Shown: one piece after another, positions 1 to 6,763 of the stretch
How the letters are laid out: the number at the start of each line of letters is the position of its first letter
Numbering within the stretch: position 1 is the first letter of the stretch
Assembly: GCA_035269125.1 (NCBI GenBank)
Contig: DATFJQ010000242.1
Location: forward strand, 1-38,978
From: Roseovarius sp.
Lineage (GTDB): Bacteria > Pseudomonadota > Alphaproteobacteria > Rhodobacterales > Rhodobacteraceae
DNA: 38,978 nucleotides
Direction of reading: 5' to 3'
Notes under the pieces: model-generated
The model's database searches: none
What the model was told of the DNA's origin: nothing
What the model saw: the letters and a program-made list of their open reading frames with translations, nothing else
Program-made: the position numbers and the translations under genes

Positions 1-715
1 GCCAAAGCTGCGCCAGCTGCTCCGGTGTATAGTACGTCTTGCGTGGGGGAGGAGTCTTGGGCCGGCTACGTTTGGAGACTGATAGCACTGGATTTGCGTC
101 AATCACTTCCTCATCCAGCAGATAATCCAAAAACCTTGAAAAGGCCCCAAACCTCTGGCGTCCCGTTGCAGGCCGATCGCGGTGGAGGTCAACCAAGTTG
201 CGCAGGTGCTTTGGTGTTATCTCCTCGGGATAAAACTGGCATATTGCGAGTTCCTCCAGCGCAAGCTTCACGTTTCGAACTTCGTCGCGTTGATACTTGG
301 TCGCCCCATCAGCCATCTGCTCGGTGCTATAAGTCGTTAGCCAAGCCAAATTGGACTTTTTCCGCGCCTCTTGAAGCTGGCGAGCGGCAGTGGCTTTTCG
401 TTCTTCAACTGCTGGATCCCTACCAGAGCGCACCGCTGCTTTGATTTGCTCAGCGGCCAGCCTCGCCTCAGAAGGCGACATAGTCGAAGGATCGCCTAGC
501 TTCATTGTGCGTTGTGGATGCCGTTTACCGCCGTCCATATAACCGCGCTTGCGGTATGCATAGGTCCAGCTTGCGCTCTGATTATTGATGGCCAGTTTCA
601 ACCCAGAGCAAACTTGGTCCGCCAAAGTGATGCGGGCGCCCAAAATGCGCTGCTCTTTTGTGTATTTGTCGATCGTTCTTTGATCGATCTTGCAGGGGAC
701 GATTTTTGTAGGCAT
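1..715 (-). CDS. P4-like tyrosine recombinase/integrase, N-terminal 238 aa (runs off the left edge)
   Basis: Manually translated open minus frame from ATG at 715: MPTKIVPCKIDQRTID..LADQVCSGLKLAINNQSASWTYAYRKRG..RTMKLGDPSTMSPSEARLAAEQIKAAVRSGRDPA (arm-binding DUF4102-like pattern), then ..DANPVLSVSKRSRPKTPPPRKTYYTPEQLAQLW (entry to the catalytic domain). Lies next to a tRNA fragment. Catalytic residues are outside the window. Confidence 0.85.
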   Translation of the reverse strand, partial: MPTKIVPCKIDQRTIDKYTKEQRILGARITLADQVCSGLKLAINNQSASWTYAYRKRGYMDGGKRHPQRTMKLGDPSTMSPSEARLAAEQIKAAVRSGRDPAVEERKATAARQLQEARKKSNLAWLTTYSTEQMADGATKYQRDEVRNVKLALEELAICQFYPEEITPKHLRNLVDLHRDRPATGRQRFGAFSRFLDYLLDEEVIDANPVLSVSKRSRPKTPPPRKTYYTPEQLAQLW

Positions 716-718
716 TTT

Positions 719-742
719 CAGCGAGACCAACAGCGAGACAAA
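719..742 (+). repeat. Tandem 12-bp repeat CAGCGAGAC(C/A)AA, candidate integrase arm-type sites
   Basis: CAGCGAGACCAA (719-730) then CAGCGAGACAAA (731-742), between the integrase start and the att core. Confidence 0.6.
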
Positions 743-837
743 TTAGCGTTTCTCGGCGGAGAATAGCGGAGGGCTGAGGTGGACAAAACACTTAATTCAA
801 AGCATCAACGAGAATTTCTTTATTTTTTAGCAAAATT

Positions 838-892
838 GAGCAACTGATTTGTAATCAGTAGGTCGGGAGTTCGAGTCTCTCTGGGGGCACCA
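838..892 (+). pseudogene. 3' fragment of tRNA-Thr(UGU), att site (attR-like)
   Basis: GAGCA-ACTGA-TTTGTAA-TCAGT-AGGTC-GGGAG-TTCGAGT-CTCTC-TGGGGGC-A-CCA: anticodon arm, T arm, acceptor 3' strand and CCA. Upstream sequence is AT-rich and cannot supply the 5' acceptor strand or D arm. Confidence 0.9.
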
Positions 893-1077
893 TTCAAATG
901 CTCTTGCGATCATGTCACACAAAGGCCCGCAATCGGCACAGCTCGTGCTTGGTAACGCAGGGTTGTGTGGCACGATGCGGCTTTCAGGGGGCTGTTGCCG
1001 CGCCGCGCCAAAAGCGGTTTAACTACCTGACGAAACGCTTATATTAAGCGCGACCCAATCAAAGGAACTCAACAGGC

Positions 1078-1953
1078 ATGCAAGTCGTTCTTCACGCAGG
1101 CGCGCACATGACCGACGATGATGGGCTGGTCAAATGCCTTGGCGACAACAGCGCGATGCTTTCAGATCTTGGAACTGCCGTGCCGCATCCCTCGACCTAT
1201 CGCAAACTGATCCGCGATACGTTGCAAGAAGCCCAGCATGGTGGCCTGTCGCCCGACGCGCGCGATGTGTTGCTGGATTCGATCCTCGAAGACGACACAA
1301 CTGAGCGGGTCATCTTGTCGAATCCCGGACTGTTCGGCACCCCTAAAATGGCGGCGTCTTCGGGCGTGTTTTATGGCGCGGCCAACCTTCGGCTGAAAAC
1401 CCTTGGGCAAATCTTTCATCAAGATCAGCTGGAACTCTTCATCGCCATCCGCAATCCAGCAACATTTCTACCGGCGATCTATCGGGACACGCCGTTCAAA
1501 ACCTTTGCGGAGTTTCTGCGCGGCAGCGACCCAACAGCATTTCGGTGGTCTGAATTGATCGGACGCATCCGCACATCCTGCCCAGAGTTGCCAATCACCG
1601 TCTGGTGCAACGAAGACACGCCGCTGATCTGGGCCGAGGTGATACGCGAGCTTGCAGCGCTGGACCCGACCACGCAGTTCGAGGGTGAGTTCAGCCTATT
1701 GTCCGAAATCATGACCGACACCGGGATGAAGCGTTTTCAAACTTATCTGGAAAGCCATCCGGGCATGAACGAAACACAAAAACGCCGGGTCATCGCGGCG
1801 TTTTTGGACAAGTTCGCGGATGAGGGCGCCATCGAAGAAGAATTGGACGTGCCCGGCTGGACAGACGAATTTATAGAGTATCTCAGCACGGTCTACGATG
1901 ATGATCTGGCCGAAATTCAGCACATCCCACTCGTCAACCTGATCACACCCTAA
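1078..1953 (+). CDS. Conserved hypothetical protein, sulfotransferase/P-loop-like N-terminus
   Basis: 291 aa ORF with AAGGA RBS. VVLHAGAHMTDDD resembles the LHIGxHKTGTT motif; also IRNPATF. Confidence 0.75.
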   Translation: MQVVLHAGAHMTDDDGLVKCLGDNSAMLSDLGTAVPHPSTYRKLIRDTLQEAQHGGLSPDARDVLLDSILEDDTTERVILSNPGLFGTPKMAASSGVFYGAANLRLKTLGQIFHQDQLELFIAIRNPATFLPAIYRDTPFKTFAEFLRGSDPTAFRWSELIGRIRTSCPELPITVWCNEDTPLIWAEVIRELAALDPTTQFEGEFSLLSEIMTDTGMKRFQTYLESHPGMNETQKRRVIAAFLDKFADEGAIEEELDVPGWTDEFIEYLSTVYDDDLAEIQHIPLVNLITP

Positions 1954-1985
1954 GGTAAGCGCGCTATGTTGACCGGCTCTCCCGG

Positions 1986-2246
1986 TCAGCTCATGCCAAG
2001 GGCTTCTTTGTACATTTCCAGCACGGCCTCTTCTTCGGCGATATCGTCGCGGTCGCGTTTCCGCAGGGCGATGACCTTGCGCATGACCTTGGTATCGTAG
2101 CCCCGCGCCTTGGCCTCGGCCATGACCTCTTTTTGCTGATCGGCGATGTCTTTTTTCTCGGCTTCCAGCCGCTCGAACCGCTCGATGAACTGGCGCAGTT
2201 CATCCGCTGTCACACGGTAGCTCGACTGTGGGTTTGACTCGTCCAT
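1986..2246 (-). CDS. gapR: GapR / DUF2312 nucleoid-associated protein
   Basis: ADELRQFIERFERLEAEKKDIADQQKEVMAEAKARGYDTKVMRKVIALRK; GGAGG RBS. Confidence 0.92.
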   Translation of the reverse strand: MDESNPQSSYRVTADELRQFIERFERLEAEKKDIADQQKEVMAEAKARGYDTKVMRKVIALRKRDRDDIAEEEAVLEMYKEALGMS

Positions 2247-2391
2247 TTCGTCCTCCGATCGCTAGAGAGTTTTCTCCTACCCGCGCGGCGGGGCACCTGC
2301 AAGGCGCAACTGGACCCAGCATCAAGGTTGCAGTTCATCGCCGCCTCGGCTACGCGCAGCATGGTGTCGGGCAATGCGAAAGGGACAGAAC

Positions 2392-2607
2392 ATGGAATGG
2401 CTGATCTGGCTGGGGGCGCTTGTTTCGCTGATTGGGCTTGCGGGCCTTGTTTGGTGCATCATCAAAGTCTGGCGCGCGCGCAAGGCCGAACTGGATGACG
2501 ACACTTTGCGTGCAGAAATCCGCAAGGTCGTTCCGCTGAATACCGGCGCGCTGTTTCTGTCGGTCATTGGGTTGATGCTGGTGGTTGTCGGCATTCTGTT
2601 GACGTGA
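2392..2607 (+). CDS. Small two-TM membrane protein (71 aa)
   Basis: MEWLIWLGALVSLIGLAGLVWC..NTGALFLSVIGLMLVVVGILLT; start placed at ATG 2392 after AAGGGA. Confidence 0.8.
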   Translation: MEWLIWLGALVSLIGLAGLVWCIIKVWRARKAELDDDTLRAEIRKVVPLNTGALFLSVIGLMLVVVGILLT

Positions 2608-2638
2608 CCTGCGCCAGAAAACGCGACGGCCGTTACAC

Positions 2639-4699
2639 CTATACCGCCCGTCCAAAGAAACCCTGACCGTTCTTGACCATATCCGCGATCAAGGGATGTG
2701 GCGCCCAAATATCAGGGCGCAAAGCCTCTAAGCGGCGCAACCCCTTGAGAACCTGCAACATTCCTTGCAGGTCCGCTTGTAGCAAAGGCCCGCCTTTGCG
2801 TCGATCAAAGCCCAACCCGTTGACGGCAACCACGTCAATATCCGAGGGCCGCTGCACAACATTTGCAGCCATCAAACCGGCAGCAATATTTGTAAGCGCC
2901 GATAAGATCGCCGCGCCGGGCGCGACATCCGATACCGGCCAGCCGCTTTCATCACCCTGCTCTTCGCACCACGACAACACCTCCGGGATAGGCGTGGGCG
3001 CGGCATCAGCCTGATACAGATAGATGCCCTGCCCGGCATTTTGCCCAGTCGCACCTGCCTTGATGCGCGTCTGCAATAAGCTGTGCTGGGGCATGTCTGG
3101 CATGGCGTTGACTTTGCCTATCTCGGCCAGTTTCCCGGCGACGCGGCCCAAGCCTTCGGCATCCATCATTTCAAATGGGCCCCGCAAAAAGCCAAGATCG
3201 CGGGCGGCGTCATCAATTTCATAAGGCGACACCCCCGCCGAGGCCAAGGCCAGTCCAGCGTGATAAAACACAGCGCGCAATGCATCGCCCACACCAACCG
3301 GCACGTCCGTCGTTCGGATAGCAATGCGCCCGAGATCCTTTGTCAATTTCACAACACTGGCGACGGCCGCAGGATCAGACGGGGTCGGCACGATCACTTC
3401 GACCGCGCGCATACTGTGCGCAGGCCGGCAAAAGCGAACCGCCAAAACGCCAGGCACATGCGATCCTTTGGCCAAAGCCGCAGAGACACCCGGACCATCG
3501 CCCATCACCGCCCAGACCGACCCCGAGGCGCGCTGCCCCAAATCCTGTGGCGCGATATCCAAGCCCGTATCAAGCACCAGATCAGCCTCGGCAATGGCCT
3601 GACCCGGCTCGGATCGGCGCAAGCGCATCAGGCGTTCATCGCGTTGCGTAACCTGCAATCGTTTGCGGGCCACTGCGCCATGATAAATGCGCACGACTTG
3701 TGTCAGAACTTTCTCGGCGGCTTGCGGTGTCGGGGCTGCAAGCAGCACCTCCTTGCCGCCATCAAGCAAGGCCACGATCACCTCGGACACCAGCGGCCCC
3801 GCGCCAAGAATTGCAACCTTGGTCAACATGCGCGGCGCGGGCGATTGCCCCAGTTCAGGCCAAATGCCTGCCCGCTTTTCTGCGGTATAGAGGTGGCGGC
3901 GTGCACGGGCGGACGGGGCTTTCAAGCGGTCTTGAAACAAGGCTTGCTCAAATTCCAGCCCCCGTTCAAAAGGCAACAGCGGCGCGGCTTGGACGCATCG
4001 CACCAGGTCCATCTCTGGCCCCTCGCCCTTGGGCAATTGGGTTTGGACGGTGCGGATTGTCTTTTGATACGCATCTGGATCAGAGAACCCGCGTTCAAAA
4101 TCGCGGGTCCGACGCCATGTGCCGCGCTTGGCCAAGTCGCGGGCCAGATCAAGTGCGACGGGCAAGGGGTCGCCCTCGACCAAACGGTCGCAGACCCGCG
4201 CGATACGCGGATCGGTCACGTTTACAATCTGCCCCGACAACATGAATTCCAGTGCCGCCTGCGCACCTGTGATACGCGGCAAACGCTGCGTGGCACCACC
4301 GCCGGGGATCAGGCCAAGCGTCACTTCTGGCAAAGCCACTCGCGTATTTTCACCGGCAACGCGGGCATGGGCCGCAAGCGCCAGTTCAAATCCCGCCCCA
4401 AGCGTCGCACCATGAAGGCAGGCCACGACCGGCTTGGGGGCGGTCTCGATCAAGGTGCAAAGGTCTGACACCCACGGATCGGACAGGGGGCCGTCATATT
4501 CGGAAATATCAACGCCTGACGAAAACCCCGCACCGGCCCCGTGCAAAACAATGGCCTCGACTGCGGGATCTTCGATAGTTTTTTCGATCGCGTCCTGTAA
4601 GGCATGGCGAAGAGACGGTGCAAGGGCGTTCGCAACCGGACGGTCCAAGGTGACAACGGCCACACCATCATGAAGTGCATGGTGGACTTCTGGTGCCAA
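2639..4699 (-). CDS. Enoyl-CoA hydratase / 3-hydroxyacyl-CoA dehydrogenase-like fusion (dehydrogenase half degenerate)
   Basis: Crotonase motifs SGVDISE, GAGFELALAAH, LPEVTLGLIPGGGATQRLPR; then VAILGAG and the C-terminal repeat pattern GPFEMMDAEGL/GGPLLQAD. TTG start. Confidence 0.85.
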   Translation of the reverse strand: MAPEVHHALHDGVAVVTLDRPVANALAPSLRHALQDAIEKTIEDPAVEAIVLHGAGAGFSSGVDISEYDGPLSDPWVSDLCTLIETAPKPVVACLHGATLGAGFELALAAHARVAGENTRVALPEVTLGLIPGGGATQRLPRITGAQAALEFMLSGQIVNVTDPRIARVCDRLVEGDPLPVALDLARDLAKRGTWRRTRDFERGFSDPDAYQKTIRTVQTQLPKGEGPEMDLVRCVQAAPLLPFERGLEFEQALFQDRLKAPSARARRHLYTAEKRAGIWPELGQSPAPRMLTKVAILGAGPLVSEVIVALLDGGKEVLLAAPTPQAAEKVLTQVVRIYHGAVARKRLQVTQRDERLMRLRRSEPGQAIAEADLVLDTGLDIAPQDLGQRASGSVWAVMGDGPGVSAALAKGSHVPGVLAVRFCRPAHSMRAVEVIVPTPSDPAAVASVVKLTKDLGRIAIRTTDVPVGVGDALRAVFYHAGLALASAGVSPYEIDDAARDLGFLRGPFEMMDAEGLGRVAGKLAEIGKVNAMPDMPQHSLLQTRIKAGATGQNAGQGIYLYQADAAPTPIPEVLSWCEEQGDESGWPVSDVAPGAAILSALTNIAAGLMAANVVQRPSDIDVVAVNGLGFDRRKGGPLLQADLQGMLQVLKGLRRLEALRPDIWAPHPLIADMVKNGQGFFGRAV

Positions 4700-4800
4700 A
4701 TTGGTCCCCGCTCGTGTTCAACCCAAATCCTATTTACAGATTAGTACGAAGAAATAGCGCGGACGCAAGCGCGGGTTTCCGCGGCACTCAATATCCGAGA

Positions 4801-5010
4801 TCAAACAGGCATATTGTCGAACTGCGCCTCGATGGTCTCGTTCACCAGTTCGTCATGCAAACTGCGGATATCCGCCGGAACCGGCTTGCCCTGCTCTTCA
4901 AGTTGGTCAATCAACTTCGCCAGCGCAGGCGCATGGGCGTGGCGCATACCTGATTCGTCATTCAGTATCTCAGCTTTGAGCTGCGCAAGCTGCTGTTTTA
5001 AATCGGCCAT
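4801..5010 (-). CDS. Small hypothetical protein (69 aa)
   Basis: MADLKQQL..IEAQFDNMPV; GGAGGAG RBS before ATG 5010. Confidence 0.75.
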   Translation of the reverse strand: MADLKQQLAQLKAEILNDESGMRHAHAPALAKLIDQLEEQGKPVPADIRSLHDELVNETIEAQFDNMPV

Positions 5011-5066
5011 TATGTCTCCTCCCAAACCAAATGTGCCAAAGGTCTCCAAAAGGCACATTCAGCATA

Positions 5067-5390
5067 TCAAATTGCTGCGGCACATTCCTTACACAATGGC
5101 GTTTCAGGCAGCGTCGCCAGACGTTCGCTTGAAATTTGAGCACCACAGCGCACACATTCACCATAAGTGCCATCGCGCATACGCTGCAAAGCGGCCCGAA
5201 TACGCGCAATTTCCTGCTGCCCGGATTTTCCAAGCTGCTCCAGAACTTCGTCGCTTTCGTGTTCGACAGCGGCCTCTTCCCAATCTTTGGAATGCTCCGC
5301 GTCAAGCTCGGCTTCGATGTTGTGCAACCGGCTGTCCAACTCGGCCAAGCGGGACATCAGCGCGACGCGATATTCAGTATATGATGGCAT
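5067..5390 (-). CDS. TraR/DksA C4 zinc-finger protein
   Basis: Coiled coil with a DWEEAA tip; ALQRMRDGTYGECVRCG..RLATLPETPLCKECA; GGAGG RBS. Confidence 0.9.
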   Translation of the reverse strand: MPSYTEYRVALMSRLAELDSRLHNIEAELDAEHSKDWEEAAVEHESDEVLEQLGKSGQQEIARIRAALQRMRDGTYGECVRCGAQISSERLATLPETPLCKECAAAI

Positions 5391-5443
5391 TTTGGACCCC
5401 TCCTATAGGATCTTCACAATGGCACAAAGACCGGGGCCGCGCT

Positions 5444-5457
5444 TTGACCCAAGTCAA
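5444..5457 (-). promoter_or_regulatory. FNR/FnrL/Dnr-type box upstream of the DksA-like gene
   Basis: TTGAC-CCAA-GTCAA palindrome (consensus TTGAT-N4-ATCAA), centred about 60 bp before the ATG, compatible with class II geometry. Confidence 0.7.
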
Positions 5458-5633
5458 CAGATGCAGCCGCCTGAACCACGCGGCATCAAGGAACACAGAC
5501 TGTCGCCCAACACGCCAGCCCAATGCTGCGCCGTCGCGTCGCGGCGGCCCATAGTTTGATGCGTGTCTCGCGCAAACACCGCATCCGTAGCGGCGCCACT
5601 TGCAGCGGTCGCAACACGCAACCTTTGGTCGTG

Positions 5634-6695
5634 TTATCCCTCTGCAGGCTGGGGTTGGCTGTTCGGTTTGGCCTCCTCATCCGGGCCGGACAAAGCCTTT
5701 GGCATGTTGGCGTCAAGGGCCGAACCCTCTGCCGCGTCTTCAAATCCAGCTGCCACAGCGGCCTCCACCTCCCTGTGCGCTACTACGGTTGGCCCCATAC
5801 TCGGCTCAGCCTCGTCCAAATGTGCATCAGGCGCCAGCAACCGCACCGCGCGCCAGCCGTTCACATGCCCAAGCTTGACCGACGCCACCAAATGGTTGTC
5901 CGCGCCAAGCAGCTGCAGTTCAGAAATAGCCTCGCGCGCGATGGTCATCACTTGGCCTTTTTTCAGGTTGCAAATCTGGTCCAGTGGCATCGACACCCGC
6001 GCCATCACGGCATTCAATACCACCGGGGCATTCATGGCGCTGCCTTGCAACGTGTCCGTGTTTTCCGCTCGGTCCGGTCCTTGCACAGCATCCGGTGCAG
6101 GGGGTGGAGCCTTGGGCAGTAAAATATCCAGAACCCCGGTTTTTGCCCCCTGCCCCAAATCGGCGGTGATGCGGAACCGGTCATAGTCCGGCTGCTCCAT
6201 GGCAAGCGCCAAGGTGCGCGTGTCTTCGATCATGTCCCCAAAGCGGAATTCAGCGGGGATATGGCCCGTCACGGCGTCCTCCATGTGGACATCGAAAAGC
6301 CGCAGCATTTCATCGATCAGCGGGGCGGCGATTGCCGCATCCGTCCGCGTCAAAGGCCGGTCTTGCACCTCGGTCTTGCGGACATAGCCCATGGTCTGCA
6401 CCTCGATCAGTGCGGACAAAAATGACTGATCCATCATCATTGCGCCTCGGCGGCCTTGCGTGCCGTCAAGCAACATCAAAAGCCCGGTATTGCCAATATC
6501 GCTTTCAATGGAGGTATGCGGCAGTTTGACCTGCTCTACGGTCGAAACCGTCACCGCCAGCCCCAAAAGCCCATCCGCGGCTTTAGACAACGCAAGGCGC
6601 AGCGCCTTCGACGGCGACATCCCCCGGGCATCGAAATCTTCGCGCGCGACCTGCGTCTTGCGGTGTAGAACTGAATTGCCGTTATCGTGGGCCAT
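5634..6695 (-). CDS. Orphan FliM/FliN (SpoA) C-terminal-domain protein
   Basis: APVVLNAVMARVSMPLDQICNLKKGQVMTI..VASVKLGHVNGWRAVRL SpoA-like pattern and a FliM-middle-like region; probable start ATG 6695 (353 aa). Confidence 0.75.
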   Translation of the reverse strand: MAHDNGNSVLHRKTQVAREDFDARGMSPSKALRLALSKAADGLLGLAVTVSTVEQVKLPHTSIESDIGNTGLLMLLDGTQGRRGAMMMDQSFLSALIEVQTMGYVRKTEVQDRPLTRTDAAIAAPLIDEMLRLFDVHMEDAVTGHIPAEFRFGDMIEDTRTLALAMEQPDYDRFRITADLGQGAKTGVLDILLPKAPPPAPDAVQGPDRAENTDTLQGSAMNAPVVLNAVMARVSMPLDQICNLKKGQVMTIAREAISELQLLGADNHLVASVKLGHVNGWRAVRLLAPDAHLDEAEPSMGPTVVAHREVEAAVAAGFEDAAEGSALDANMPKALSGPDEEAKPNSQPQPAEG

Positions 6696-6763
6696 CAGAG
6701 TATCGCCATTGCCTTCTATACCCAAGTGATCACACCCTACAGCCCAGAAGGTTACCAATAGCT

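Larger units (their letters stand above)
1..892. mobile_element. Right end of a tRNA-Thr-integrated genomic island/prophage
   Basis: Integrase plus a 3' tRNA fragment; sequence is visibly more AT-rich than the rest of the window. Confidence 0.8.

Noticed and set aside
25-791. ORF-track calls 25-444(+), 512-766(+) and 582-791(-)
   Set aside because: Shadow frames of the real minus-strand integrase; no recognisable motifs.
817-892. Complete tRNA-Thr gene
   Set aside because: Positions 817-837 cannot pair with the TGGGGGC acceptor strand and there is no D arm.
3083-4468. 461-aa plus-strand ORF
   Set aside because: Antisense shadow of the hydratase gene, common in GC-rich coding DNA; no motifs.
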